Assembly (NCBI GenBank): GCA_963727805.1
Contig: CAVSHF010000003.1
Span: 1,664,001 to 1,728,000 of the forward strand
From: an uncultured Nitrospiraceae bacterium
Lineage (GTDB): Bacteria > Nitrospirota > Thermodesulfovibrionia > Thermodesulfovibrionales > Dissulfurispiraceae
Direction: 5' to 3'
DNA: 64,000 nt
Position numbers and translations under genes: made by a program. Positions 1-9,624 of this stretch are shown here, piece after piece. The first letter of the stretch is position 1. Each line of letters starts with the position of its first letter. The notes beneath the pieces were generated by a model that ran no database searches, was not told the origin of the DNA, and worked only from the letters and a program-made list of their open reading frames with translations.

Positions 1-2
1 TC

Positions 3-821
3 AGGCAGATCTCAGAAAGGACCGTTGAGTTTGGCGCATCTGATGCACCGCAAACCCCGGAATTTCTCCAGAAGAATAACCTGATACAGTTTCCCGCGGT
101 AATGGGTGGAGTTGTTGCCGTAGTCAACATCGCGGGCGTCAAGGCCGGCCAGATGAATCTCGACTCTGATGCAGTCTGCAAAATCTATCTCGGCGAAATC
201 AAATTCTGGGACGATGCAAAAATTAAGTCGATGAATTCTAAGATCAAGCTGCCGCACAAAGAGATCACGGTTGTACACAGATCAGACGGATCCGGAACTA
301 CTGCAATTTTTACTACCTATCTCAGCGAAGCATGCCCTGCGTGGAAGGAAAAGGTCGGTGCCGGAACGTCGGTAAAGTTTCCTGTAGGAATTGGCGGCAA
401 AGGCAACGAGGGAGTATCGAACTACGTCCAGAGAAGTAATGATTCTATCGGTTATGTCGAGTTCGCTTATGCAGAGCAGAACAAATTGTCATACACACTA
501 CTGAAGAATCCTGCCGGTCATTTCGTTGCGCCCAGCTTCCAGACCTTCGAAGATGCAGCCGCCACAGGCGACTTTGACCCCAAGAAGGATTTCTACCTCT
601 GGCTCGTCAATGCCAAAGGCAAAAACGCATGGCCCATCGCCGGCGCAACCTTTATTTTACTCGCTAAAGACAAAAAGGACGCCAATATGAAGACCGTCAA
701 GTTCTTCGACTGGGCATTTAAAAATGGCGATGCTAAGGCAAAAGAGCTCGTCTATATCCCGCTGCCGAACTCATTGAAAGACAAAATCAGAGCCTATTGG
801 AAGGCAAACGGAATATACTAA
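3..821 (+). CDS. pstS: Phosphate ABC transporter substrate-binding protein (5' end outside window)
   Basis: Frame is open from base 3 (RQISERTVEFGASDAP...); motifs VHRSDGSGTT, GGKGNEGV, IGYVE and WPI; first gene of the pst operon. Confidence 0.95.
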   Translation, partial: RQISERTVEFGASDAPQTPEFLQKNNLIQFPAVMGGVVAVVNIAGVKAGQMNLDSDAVCKIYLGEIKFWDDAKIKSMNSKIKLPHKEITVVHRSDGSGTTAIFTTYLSEACPAWKEKVGAGTSVKFPVGIGGKGNEGVSNYVQRSNDSIGYVEFAYAEQNKLSYTLLKNPAGHFVAPSFQTFEDAAATGDFDPKKDFYLWLVNAKGKNAWPIAGATFILLAKDKKDANMKTVKFFDWAFKNGDAKAKELVYIPLPNSLKDKIRAYWKANGIY

Positions 822-846
822 AACAAAGCCACAAGTCAGAAATTGT

Positions 847-891
847 GCTAATGGGTCAGATGACCGTTGTATCTGACCCATTAGCTTCTTT
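847..891 (+). terminator. 15-bp perfect stem-loop between pstS and pstC (partial terminator or mRNA-stabilising hairpin)
   Basis: gctaatgggtcagat (847-861) pairs with atctgacccattagc (871-885), followed by ttcttt. Confidence 0.6.
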
Positions 892-919
892 ATACTGAAA
901 CAGGAAAAGGAATCGACTT

Positions 920-1885
920 TTGGGACAATCCATTAACCCAACCGCCAAGCCGGCTACAAAGAAAGACCCCTTCGACGTGCTGTTTTCCGTCGTGACAGCG
1001 GTCTGTTCTCTTTCCATAATAGTTCTCGTGTTTGGCATTCTTATAGTCCTTGTCTCCGAATCATCCATGTCGATACGGAAATTCGGCATCCTTCAATTTC
1101 TCTTCTCGACGGACTGGAACCCCGTGCAGGAGACGTTTGGTGCTGCCACCACGCTCTACGGGACACTCGTGACGACCGTGCTCTCCCTGATAATAGCTAT
1201 CCCCGTAGCGATCGGCATTGCCATTTTTGTAACTGAAATCGCTCCAAATTTTCTTAAAGGCCCTATTGGGGTTGCCATAGAACTCCTTGCAGCCATACCG
1301 AGCATTATTTACGGACTGTGGGGCCTTTTCACTCTGGCGCCAATCATGAGTTTGTATATCGAACCGGCGCTCCAGCGGACCTTCGGCACCCTTCCTCTCT
1401 TCTCGGTCGTTTTCGCAGGGACACCGATGGGCATAGATCTTCTGACAGCGAGCATCATACTGAGCATCATGATCATCCCCTTCACGGCCAGTATCTCCCG
1501 CGATGCCTTCAATCTCACGCCCGCAGTGGTAAAAGAGTCAGCATATGCTCTCGGCGCTACAAAATGGGAGGTCGTCAAGAATATCGTCATCCCCTATTCC
1601 AAACTCGGAGTCTTCGGCGGCATCGTCCTGTCTATGGGACGCGCCATCGGCGAGACAATGGCTGTGGCCTTTGTGCTCGGAAACAACCACCAGATTACCT
1701 CGTCCCTTCTCGATGCTGCGGCGACCATAACCGTCTCTCTTGCGAATGAGTTTTCGGAGGCCGATTCGGACATCTATCTTTCTTCTCTTTTTTATCTCGC
1801 CCTCGTCCTCTTCGTGCTCAGCTTTATCACGCTCGCCGTAGCCAAGATATTCCTCATCAGGGCTGAAAGGAAATATTCTCGATGA
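920..1885 (+). CDS. pstC: Phosphate ABC transporter permease PstC
   Basis: ELLAAIPSIIYGLWG, ESAYALGATKWE and RAIGETMAV motifs; TTG start uncertain. Confidence 0.95.
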   Translation: MGQSINPTAKPATKKDPFDVLFSVVTAVCSLSIIVLVFGILIVLVSESSMSIRKFGILQFLFSTDWNPVQETFGAATTLYGTLVTTVLSLIIAIPVAIGIAIFVTEIAPNFLKGPIGVAIELLAAIPSIIYGLWGLFTLAPIMSLYIEPALQRTFGTLPLFSVVFAGTPMGIDLLTASIILSIMIIPFTASISRDAFNLTPAVVKESAYALGATKWEVVKNIVIPYSKLGVFGGIVLSMGRAIGETMAVAFVLGNNHQITSSLLDAAATITVSLANEFSEADSDIYLSSLFYLALVLFVLSFITLAVAKIFLIRAERKYSR

Positions 1886-2724
1886 TCCACGAGAAAAAAC
1901 GGAAGGTGGAAGGTTTCATCGCCCTCTTATTGAGCACTCTAGCCGCGTTCTGTGGCCTGTTCTGGCTGATCTTTATCCTTGGCGACGTACTTATACACGG
2001 AATAGGAGCGATGAACCTGAGCCTCTTCATGAATGATCCCGCTCCTGCGGGCGTGGAAGGGGGAGGATTGCGGAACGCATTTCTCGGACATCTGATGATT
2101 ACCGCCTTTGCAACGATCATCGGCGTTCCTGTGGGCGTTCTCGGCGGAACCTTCCTCGCCGAATATGCAAAGGGCAGAAATATCTCGCGGATCATCAGTA
2201 TCCTTGCCGACATCATGGTCAGCGTACCCTCTATCATCATCGGAACATTCATATACGCTATAATGGTTAAGCCCATCGGACACTTCAGTGGATGGGCCGG
2301 AGCCCTCGCACTGGCGATCATTATGATACCAGTTGTCCTGAGAACCACCGAGGACATGCTCTCTTTGGTGCCCTGGACATTGAGGGAGGCAGCGTTTGCG
2401 TTGGGAGCACCTTATTATAAGGTAATAGTTCAGGTGGTTTACCGGGGTGCCGCTACGGGCATCTTCACCGGCATACTGCTTTCTATCGCACGGGTTGCCG
2501 GGGAGACGGCTCCTCTTCTTTTCACTGCGTTCAACAATTCTTTCTTTTCTTTCAACATGAATGGTCCCATGCCCTCTTTAACCGTCAGCGTTTTCCAGTA
2601 TGCCATGGGTCCTTATGACGACTGGCATGCTCAGGCCTGGGCCGCCTCACTCGTCATCACTGTGTTCATTTTGTTCATCACTATTGCGGGAAGACTTCTT
2701 CTTAAGTGGAGGTATAAACTGTGA
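1882..2724 (+). CDS. pstA: Phosphate ABC transporter permease PstA
   Basis: [10 protein letters not shown] and [13 protein letters not shown] motifs; 4-nt overlap with pstC. Confidence 0.95.
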   Translation: MIHEKKRKVEGFIALLLSTLAAFCGLFWLIFILGDVLIHGIGAMNLSLFMNDPAPAGVEGGGLRNAFLGHLMITAFATIIGVPVGVLGGTFLAEYAKGRNISRIISILADIMVSVPSIIIGTFIYAIMVKPIGHFSGWAGALALAIIMIPVVLRTTEDMLSLVPWTLREAAFALGAPYYKVIVQVVYRGAATGIFTGILLSIARVAGETAPLLFTAFNNSFFSFNMNGPMPSLTVSVFQYAMGPYDDWHAQAWAASLVITVFILFITIAGRLLLKWRYKL

Positions 2725-3485
2725 CAGATACCATGGAGCTCGAAATCAGGGGGCTCAATTTCTACTATTCTGGCAATACGCATGCCCTCAAAAACATCAA
2801 CCTGCCCATCTATAAACAGAGCGTCACTGCCCTAATCGGCCCCTCCGGGTGCGGCAAAACGACACTGCTCAGGTGCTTTAATAGAATGCATGACCTCTAC
2901 CCGAAGCACAGGTATGAAGGAGAGATACTCCTTCAGGATACCAACCTCCTGGCCAACGGCATCGATCTCATCAGCCTTCGAAGTCGCATCGGCATGGTCT
3001 TCCAGAAGCCGACTCCATTCCCCATGTCGATCTTCGAAAATATCGCCTACGGACTTAAACTCAAGGGGACAAAAAAGAAATCAGAGCTTGCAGACCGAGT
3101 CGAAAGGGCTCTCAAGCACGCCGCCCTGTGGGACGAGGTCAAGGACAAGCTCAATGAGAGCGCCTACGAACTTTCAGGGGGGCAGCAGCAGCGGCTCGTC
3201 ATCGCCAGGGCGTTGGCGGTAGAACCGCAAGTCCTTCTCTTCGATGAGCCGACGTCGGCGCTCGATCCGATCTCGACATCGAAGATAGAAGACCTCGTTA
3301 TGCATTTGAAAAAGGAAATAACTATAATAATAGTCACACACAATATGCAGCAAGCCGCCAGGATCTCCGACTGGACGGGATTTCTGATGCTTGGGGAGAT
3401 GATCGAGTTTGGTAAGACCGAGAAGATATTCACTGCGCCATCGGAAAAGCTTACAGAAGACTATGTAACAGGGAGGTTCGGATAA
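2721..3485 (+). CDS. pstB: Phosphate ABC transporter ATPase PstB
   Basis: Walker [37 protein letters not shown]-terminal DYVTGRFG; alternative ATG at 2733. Confidence 0.97.
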   Translation: MTDTMELEIRGLNFYYSGNTHALKNINLPIYKQSVTALIGPSGCGKTTLLRCFNRMHDLYPKHRYEGEILLQDTNLLANGIDLISLRSRIGMVFQKPTPFPMSIFENIAYGLKLKGTKKKSELADRVERALKHAALWDEVKDKLNESAYELSGGQQQRLVIARALAVEPQVLLFDEPTSALDPISTSKIEDLVMHLKKEITIIIVTHNMQQAARISDWTGFLMLGEMIEFGKTEKIFTAPSEKLTEDYVTGRFG

Positions 3486-4162
3486 TGGCCATTTTTGACG
3501 AAGAATTATCGCACTTGAACGGAGTAGTTCTTCAGATGGGATCTCTTGTCGAGAAAGCGATAAAAGAATCAGTGCAGGCCCTCGTGGACAGGGATGATAC
3601 CCTGGCTAAAAGAGTGATTGATGGGGATCACCAGGTGAACGCCCTCGACATAGAGATCGATGAGGAATCTATCAGGCTCATCGCACTGAGACAGCCTAAG
3701 GCCGGCGATCTGAGACTAATCACCACAGCGATGAAGATAACAACTGATCTTGAGCGCATGGGAGACTTTGCAGTGAACATAGCACAGAGGGCACTGGAGT
3801 TGAACAGGGAACCAGTCCTGAAAGAATACATAGACATTCCGAGAATGCGCGAGATCGCTCAGGGGATGACTCGGGATGCCCTCGATGCCTTTGTGAGAAG
3901 GGACATGAAACTGGCCAAGGACGTTATCATGAGGGATGACGAGATCGACGATCTGAAGCAAAAGATACTAAGCGAACTGCTCTTTATGATGACTGAAAAC
4001 CCGAATATCATCTGTAGGTCTATGAGGATAACGTTTGTTGCCCAGTACCTTGAGCGCATAGCAGACCATGCGACGAATATCGCCGAAATGGTACTCTATC
4101 TTATCGAAGGGAAAATCGTCAGGCATACCGAAAAGCTACCTGAAAAAGAAATGAAAAGTTAG
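3485..4162 (+). CDS. phoU: Phosphate signalling protein PhoU
   Basis: RQPKAGDLR, DLERMGD and LERIADHATNIAE (two PhoU repeats). Confidence 0.96.
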   Translation: MAIFDEELSHLNGVVLQMGSLVEKAIKESVQALVDRDDTLAKRVIDGDHQVNALDIEIDEESIRLIALRQPKAGDLRLITTAMKITTDLERMGDFAVNIAQRALELNREPVLKEYIDIPRMREIAQGMTRDALDAFVRRDMKLAKDVIMRDDEIDDLKQKILSELLFMMTENPNIICRSMRITFVAQYLERIADHATNIAEMVLYLIEGKIVRHTEKLPEKEMKS

Positions 4163-4173
4163 GATATGGAAGC

Positions 4174-4300
4174 GATGCGATTGCGTAAAAAGTCCAGCGT
4201 CCAGACGGGCAAACACTGAAGAATGAGTCGTACTTTAATGTACATAGCAGTGATGTAGGAGAAAGCACGACGCAGCATAGGAACTCTTTACTAGACCATC
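4174..4300. repeat. Degenerate MITE-like palindromic element
   Basis: Imperfect terminal IRs gatgcgattgcgtaaaaagtcc / ggaactctttactagaccatc with a central gtac-tttaat-gtac palindrome, lying between convergent genes. Confidence 0.4.
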
Positions 4301-4634
4301 ACGGCATGTTGATGACAATTTCGTAGCTGCCTACGCTGACTTTATCCATTATTCCATTCTGCCACAAAAGTTCCGTAATCTTTGCTTTCGTGTTTTTGGG
4401 GACCATGAGGATGAGTTTGGGCCCATGCTGGGCAAGCTCTTTCCATTCATTGGCCTGGTCCTGATTAATTGTACTGTCTGTCTCCACTTCCAGATTGGCG
4501 AGCACAAGGCCGTGGTTTGCGAGCACCATATCCGGGTTGCCTTCCGGATTGACCGTTACTTCCTTGTAATCCCTGGACAGCTTCCGCTTCAGATGCTCGA
4601 CGATGAGATCATGGACCAACTTCTCATTTTGCAT
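4299..4634 (-). CDS. Hypothetical protein, PD-(D/E)xK-like fold candidate
   Basis: 111-aa ORF with RBS (aagggga) right after sspB; NPD-x13-EVET spacing. Confidence 0.7.
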   Translation of the reverse strand: MQNEKLVHDLIVEHLKRKLSRDYKEVTVNPEGNPDMVLANHGLVLANLEVETDSTINQDQANEWKELAQHGPKLILMVPKNTKAKITELLWQNGIMDKVSVGSYEIVINMP

Positions 4635-4645
4635 ACCGTATCCCC

Positions 4646-5122
4646 TTATTCATTTTCGTCCTTGTTCAATTTCTTCTTGTGTACGAAATCTACGCTTATG
4701 ATTTTCTTATCAGCCTCTGTAACAATCTTTGTGCTATTCTTTGTGCCTGCGGAAGGACCTTCACTTCCGGTCTCTGACCCAGCCATGTCTTTAACCATCT
4801 GTCGTTCATGAACCGCGGCAACAAACTGGGCATTAAGCTCGGCGGAATAAACCGCTTCTATGCTGCCGGCCGGGATGAAGCACTTTTGAGCTGCTGCCCC
4901 GAAGACCAGTGTAGTCGAAATGCCGTACTCATCCCAAGTAAATTTCATCTTCGGATTGAAGACAAGGATAATGCCCGACTCCTTTTCCTCCCCGATGAAG
5001 CCACGATTGCCGATGACTACGTCGGGAGAATATTTTACAAGCACCATCACCCTTCCCGCCATGTCAAGGAATTCATAGAAGATCTGCTTTTTGAGGCTAT
5101 TGAGACGCTCTTCGTATTCCAT
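4646..5122 (-). CDS. sspB: ClpXP adaptor SspB-family protein
   Basis: GISTTLVFG...CFIP..I.AVY core, low-complexity linker, C-terminal IISVDFVHKKK resembling the SspB tail. Confidence 0.7.
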   Translation of the reverse strand: MEYEERLNSLKKQIFYEFLDMAGRVMVLVKYSPDVVIGNRGFIGEEKESGIILVFNPKMKFTWDEYGISTTLVFGAAAQKCFIPAGSIEAVYSAELNAQFVAAVHERQMVKDMAGSETGSEGPSAGTKNSTKIVTEADKKIISVDFVHKKKLNKDENE

Positions 5123-5143
5123 GAATTTCCCTATTTATATATT

Positions 5144-5947
5144 TTACCGCTGTTTCTTATTTATCAACAGGCACAGCCCTATGCCCGCCAGAATCATCAA
5201 ACTGCTCAGAATCTGTCCCATGGTGATCATGCCAAGGATATAGCCAATCTGGGCATCGGGCTCCCGGAAGAATTCGACCGCGGTCCTAAAAACACCATAA
5301 AGGATGAGGAAGATTGCGAAGAGGGTCCCAGGCTTGAATTTTCCTTTCAGCATCCACAACACAACGAAAAGAACGATACCTTCCAAACAGAACTCATACA
5401 ACTGTGAAGGGTGTCGTGGCAGGCCCTCCCCGGGGAAGACCATCGCCCATGGCACATCCGTAACCCTCCCGTAAAGCTCGCCGTTGATAAAGTTGCCTAG
5501 CCTTCCAAGCCCCAAGCCAATCGGCACGGTGACAGCGATGAGGTCCGCAACAAGCCAGATGTTCGCGTGATATCTCTTGCAGAAAAGCAGGCCGGCAAGC
5601 ACTACTCCAATAAACCCGCCGTGAAAGGACATACCCCCCTGGGTTATTGCAAAGACTTCGAAGGGATGTTGCATGTAATAGCTCGCATTATAAAAGAGCA
5701 CATAGCCGATGCGTGCCCCGAGGAGAAGACCGAGGATGAGATAGGTATAAAGCGTCTCGACAAACTCCTCGCCGAACGCCATCCCTCTCTTTTTGATCTG
5801 GTATCTGACGAGCAAAAATGAAGCGGCGAAACCTATGAGGTACATAAGCCCGTACCACCTTATCGCAAGGGGGCCTACCTCAAATGGGCCAATTGCAAAA
5901 GGGCCGATTCTGAGAATTTCAGGGCTTATATGCGGATAAGGTATCAT
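5144..5947 (-). CDS. lgt: Prolipoprotein diacylglyceryl transferase
   Basis: IRWYGLMY, GGMSFHGG, GRLGNFINGELYGR and RHPSQLYE motifs. Confidence 0.98.
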   Translation of the reverse strand: MIPYPHISPEILRIGPFAIGPFEVGPLAIRWYGLMYLIGFAASFLLVRYQIKKRGMAFGEEFVETLYTYLILGLLLGARIGYVLFYNASYYMQHPFEVFAITQGGMSFHGGFIGVVLAGLLFCKRYHANIWLVADLIAVTVPIGLGLGRLGNFINGELYGRVTDVPWAMVFPGEGLPRHPSQLYEFCLEGIVLFVVLWMLKGKFKPGTLFAIFLILYGVFRTAVEFFREPDAQIGYILGMITMGQILSSLMILAGIGLCLLINKKQR

Positions 5948-5951
5948 CTGC

Positions 5952-6602
5952 TTAATCCTTGTACGCTGTATGTATATATACGCACCCCAGGCTAAGCCGG
6001 ATCTTATCGCACCTGCTGAACCCTGCTATCATGATGAGCCGCGAAAAATCCTCAGGCGTGTAAAATTTCTCAATGGAATCGGCGAGGTAATCATAAGCAT
6101 CTCTTGTCGAAAAAATACCGGCTACAAACGGTAATATCTTTCCTAAGTAAATGCTATAGGGTCGCCTGAGCAGGCCTTGCGGCATCGAAAACTCAAGAAA
6201 GACCATCTTCCCACCCTTCTTTAATACCCGATGAATCTCCTTGAGCGCCTTCGTCGTGTCATGCATGTTCCTGATGCCGAAGGCGCAGGTGGCGCCATCG
6301 AAGATCCCGGATTTAAAAGGCATGGCATAAGCCGACCCAGCAAGGACTGCATATGTCTCGTCAGTTATCTTTTGCTTTGCCCGCAGGAGCATGTTGAAAC
6401 TGATGTCCACCCCTACTACGGTGACACCCCTTCCCACAATCGCTTTCGCACTGTCGCCAGTGCCGGTCGCGAGGTCAAGCACACGATCTCCCTTCAAAGG
6501 ATTCAGTTCCCTGACCATGATCCGCCGCCAATAAAAATCCTGGCCGACCGAGAGCACGTGATTCAGAAAATCGTATCTGTCAACAATAGTGTCGAAATTC
6601 AA
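5952..6602 (-). CDS. ubiE: Ubiquinone/menaquinone biosynthesis methyltransferase (UbiE/MenG)
   Basis: YDFLNHVLS.G.D..WR, LDLATGTGD, FGIRN and RVLKKGG; TTG start with aaagagg upstream. Confidence 0.9.
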   Translation of the reverse strand: MNFDTIVDRYDFLNHVLSVGQDFYWRRIMVRELNPLKGDRVLDLATGTGDSAKAIVGRGVTVVGVDISFNMLLRAKQKITDETYAVLAGSAYAMPFKSGIFDGATCAFGIRNMHDTTKALKEIHRVLKKGGKMVFLEFSMPQGLLRRPYSIYLGKILPFVAGIFSTRDAYDYLADSIEKFYTPEDFSRLIMIAGFSRCDKIRLSLGCVYIHTAYKD

Positions 6603-6828
6603 ATAACAAAGCCTCTTTCATATAGGGAATGGCGCAGCCAGCATCAGTTATCACAGAAAATAATTATCATCGTATTGTTTCGTTTGTGTCAAGCTCTTGC
6701 TCACTCATCTCGTTGAAAGAGGCCTAGATTTGATGAGCTTTTATTAAGGAATTATAAATGCCCTGCATTGGCTCGCAACCGGGGTTGTCAACAATATCGC
6801 GGGCAGGGATTGACAGTAATATCCAGTT

Positions 6829-7010
6829 TTATCCTCGAATATTATTTAGATTTTGGTTTTTAAGGTCCGGCAACCGGTTCCCTATTACATCCCAGACAAC
6901 ATCGCACTTTACCCGAAATAGAAATGGATGACTAGATACCTTTCGGTTTTGTTTTGAAATCGGCAGAGAGATTTATAAGCACCTCTACCATGGCGTGAAG
7001 GGGTAGCATA
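6829..7010 (-). pseudogene. Relic of a HepT/DUF86 (HEPN) toxin C-terminus
   Basis: Minus strand reads IHFYFG / one-base frameshift / VKCDVVWDVIGNRLPDLKNQ, resembling the DUF86 HxYFGVxxxxVWxxxxxxLPxL pattern; stops upstream. Confidence 0.4.
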
Positions 7011-7111
7011 CACACCTTCTTCAGTGTATCATTTTGCATAAGGTCTCTATGATCAGGATCTGGCGTAGTGAAAGACTGCTGAGATTCTCATGACTTCTTT
7101 GGCGTAGTCCC

Positions 7112-7702
7112 CTACCCTTGCAATTTCAGGATCGTGAAGAGTCCGATCCTGATCATCTTCACTGCTATTGCGGCAAGGACCAACGAGGTGATCTTTGCGA
7201 AGGCCCTTGCACCGTTGATTCCGATAAGCCGTATTATCAGCTCCGCTTTGTAAAGGATCGCCCAAGCTATCAGAAAATTTAAAAACAATGACACGATAAC
7301 GGGTAAGTAGCCGTAGTGACCCACCAAAACCAGAGTGGTCGTGAGCGTTGCAGGTCCTGCCAGAAGCGGTGTACCGATAGGGACAACTCCCATAGTTGTT
7401 GACGATACCTGCCGTCCTTTGCTGTCGGGAAAGACGATGTCGACAATCGAGAAGACTAGCAGTAGGATACCTCCGGCAATCATGAAGTCCTCAACCGCTA
7501 TCCCGATAGCCCTGAAGACTGCACTCCCTAAAATCATGAATCCCGTGGCGACAAGAAACGCAGTGAGTACCGACTGTCCAGCTATTTTCTTCCGCTCGCC
7601 GGTAATTTCCTCCGTAAATGAGATAAATATAGGAAGAACGCTTAACACGCTAATCGCGACAAATATCGAGATAAAGGCTGTGAGATATATATTAAAATCC
7701 AT
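7112..7702 (-). CDS. MarC family integral membrane protein
   Basis: Six hydrophobic segments; FMIAGGILLL and VVPIGTPLLAGPA motifs. Confidence 0.9.
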   Translation of the reverse strand: MDFNIYLTAFISIFVAISVLSVLPIFISFTEEITGERKKIAGQSVLTAFLVATGFMILGSAVFRAIGIAVEDFMIAGGILLLVFSIVDIVFPDSKGRQVSSTTMGVVPIGTPLLAGPATLTTTLVLVGHYGYLPVIVSLFLNFLIAWAILYKAELIIRLIGINGARAFAKITSLVLAAIAVKMIRIGLFTILKLQG

Positions 7703-7864
7703 TACTAGACATTGTAGAAGTATATTGCCGAATAATCAATGACCCGGTTCTCCACGTAAGACGAATGCTGACTCTGTAATCAGACTTCCGCCGACTTAAA
7801 TCCTTTCTGCTTTCAGATATACTTTTAATTATGAAGGGCAATATGTTGAAAGGAGATTCTTATC

Positions 7865-7945
7865 ATGGAGTCAGTTGACAAAGTGGAGCTTGTCTTCCTG
7901 TGCACCGCCATAGCGTATTTTCTCGTGGTCCTCATCGTCCGATAA
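7865..7945 (+). CDS. 26-aa single-TM small protein MESVDKVELVFLCTAIAYFLVVLIVR
   Basis: aggaga SD upstream of ATG; hydrophobic C-terminal helix; below the ORF-track size cutoff. Confidence 0.45.
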   Translation: MESVDKVELVFLCTAIAYFLVVLIVR

Positions 7946-8006
7946 AAGCAGAACATTTCTCTGGGCATAATGTATCGCTGCTCTCCGGCACTGCGTCAGA
8001 TTTTTC

Positions 8007-8035
8007 TTGACAATCCCCTTATGAATCGGTAAAAG
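8007..8035 (+). promoter_or_regulatory. Sigma70 promoter for the aroF leader
   Basis: TTGACA (8007-8012), 17-bp spacer, TAAAAG (8030-8035). Confidence 0.6.
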
Positions 8036-8044
8036 TATGTCAAT

Positions 8045-8122
8045 ATGACAAAGTGTTTATCCGGCAACTTTTACTTCTGGTACGGCTTTTACTTTAGCCG
8101 GTCTGCCTGTGGTAGGGGTTGA
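8045..8122 (+). CDS. Attenuator leader peptide MTKCLSGNFYFWYGFYFSRSACGRG
   Basis: 8 of 9 consecutive codons (8069-8095) are Phe/Tyr/Trp; sits between the promoter and terminators upstream of DAHP synthase. Confidence 0.8.
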   Translation: MTKCLSGNFYFWYGFYFSRSACGRG

Positions 8123-8147
8123 CGAAGAGATAGCATAAAATCAACCG

Positions 8148-8187
8148 AAAGCCGAGGGCAGACAAAGGGCCCCCGGCTTTTTATTTT
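8148..8187 (+). terminator. Attenuator terminator 1
   Basis: aaagccgagggc / gcccccggcttt stem followed by ttatttt; 5' arm overlaps ggcagac, which is complementary to leader gtctgcc. Confidence 0.75.
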
Positions 8188-8198
8188 CTGAATCCATG

Positions 8199-8229
8199 AA
8201 AAAGGCCGGGTAAACTCCCCGGCCTTTTT
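8199..8229 (+). terminator. Second terminator hairpin in the aroF leader
   Basis: aaaaaggccggg / cccggccttttt perfect inverted repeat. Confidence 0.7.
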
Positions 8230-8254
8230 GCTTCGGAAAACGAAAGGAGACGAA

Positions 8255-9274
8255 ATGATCGTAGTTATGAAAGCAGGAGCCACAAAGTACGAAAAGGAAG
8301 AGGTGATTAACAGGATTAAAGAACTCGGTTACAAGCCCCACGTTATCCACGGGACGACCAGAGACGTTATTGGAGCCGTCGGCGATGAACGGGGTAAGCT
8401 CGTCCTCCAGACGATAGAGTCCATGCAGGGCGTCGAAAACGTGGTGCCGATTCTCAAGGCCTATAAGCTTGCTTCAAAGGAGGTAAAAAAAGAGGCGAGC
8501 ATCATCAAGATCTCCGAGTCGCTTTCGATAGGAGGCAAACAGATCGTCGTCATGGCTGGGCCCTGTGCCGTCGAGAGCGACAAGCAGATCATAGAGACTG
8601 CCATTGCGGTAAAGAAAGCCGGAGCACATGTCCTGCGGGGAGGCGCCTTCAAGCCGAGGACCTCTCCATACTCTTTCCAGGGCATGAAAGAAAAAGGATT
8701 GAAGCTCCTTGCGAAGGCAAAAAAGATCACAGGACTTCCGATCATCACCGAGGTAGTCAATCCCGAATCAGCAGACCTGGTTGCGGAATATGTCGACATT
8801 CTCCAGATCGGCACAAGGAATGCTCAGAACTTCGAACTCCTGAAAAAAGTCGGTCGGATAAAAAGGCCTGTGATGCTAAAGCGTGGCATGTCGATGACGA
8901 TCAAGGAACTGCTGATGAGCGCCGAATATATTATGAGCGAGGGCAATCAATCGGTAATACTCTGTGAGCGCGGCATCAGGACCTTCGAGACGGCGACGAG
9001 AAATACGCTCGATCTCTCCGCCATACCGGTGCTAAAAGGTGAAACCCATCTTCCCGTTATAGCCGATCCTTCTCACGGTACCGGCCACCAGAGATATGTC
9101 GCTGCCATGTCATTTGCCTCAATAGCGGCAGGGGCCGACGGCCTGATGATCGAGGTGCATCCTGATCCTGAACACGCCACATCGGACGGGCCGCAATCTC
9201 TGACACCAAAGGATTTCGCTACGATGATGGAAAAGCTGAGACTCTTTGCGGAGGCTGCAGGTAGGACCCTATAA
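8255..9274 (+). CDS. aroF: DAHP synthase (type I-beta, N-terminal regulatory domain)
   Basis: [42 protein letters not shown] and SDGPQSL; ATG 8255 has aaaggag SD. Confidence 0.96.
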   Translation: MIVVMKAGATKYEKEEVINRIKELGYKPHVIHGTTRDVIGAVGDERGKLVLQTIESMQGVENVVPILKAYKLASKEVKKEASIIKISESLSIGGKQIVVMAGPCAVESDKQIIETAIAVKKAGAHVLRGGAFKPRTSPYSFQGMKEKGLKLLAKAKKITGLPIITEVVNPESADLVAEYVDILQIGTRNAQNFELLKKVGRIKRPVMLKRGMSMTIKELLMSAEYIMSEGNQSVILCERGIRTFETATRNTLDLSAIPVLKGETHLPVIADPSHGTGHQRYVAAMSFASIAAGADGLMIEVHPDPEHATSDGPQSLTPKDFATMMEKLRLFAEAAGRTL

Positions 9275-9300
9275 TCTGGGAGGGGTGGCGTGCCACGCAT

Positions 9301-9624
9301 TTACGTGATGGAAAAAAGTGGCTCTTCTATAGTCTCGGTGCGGCATATAGGGCACTTGCCGGGCTTACTAAGCCGTTCCCGTTTTCTAAAAACGAATCCG
9401 CACTTACTGCATCGGGCGGGGGTGACAACAAGTTCATGTTCACCTCTGCCCATACTCATACGAATATGCTCGAGGTGCTCAAAAACCTCCTTCTCCTCAA
9501 TCCGCACCCTAACAGATATGTCCTTTGTCGAAAGGGTCTGCCCCCGGATGCTTTCGATAATCTCCTGACGGATGGTCTCATGCCTTTCAGCGGGAACAAA
9601 TAGTTTGCGTGCCTTTGTCCTCAC
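9301..9624 (-). CDS. HTH plus Zn-ribbon transcriptional regulator (COG3357-like)
   Basis: TIRQEII, EKEVFEHLEHI, CSKCGFVF and CPIC; GTG 9624 with gaggga SD preferred over 9774. Confidence 0.8.
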   Translation of the reverse strand: MRTKARKLFVPAERHETIRQEIIESIRGQTLSTKDISVRVRIEEKEVFEHLEHIRMSMGRGEHELVVTPARCSKCGFVFRKRERLSKPGKCPICRTETIEEPLFSIT

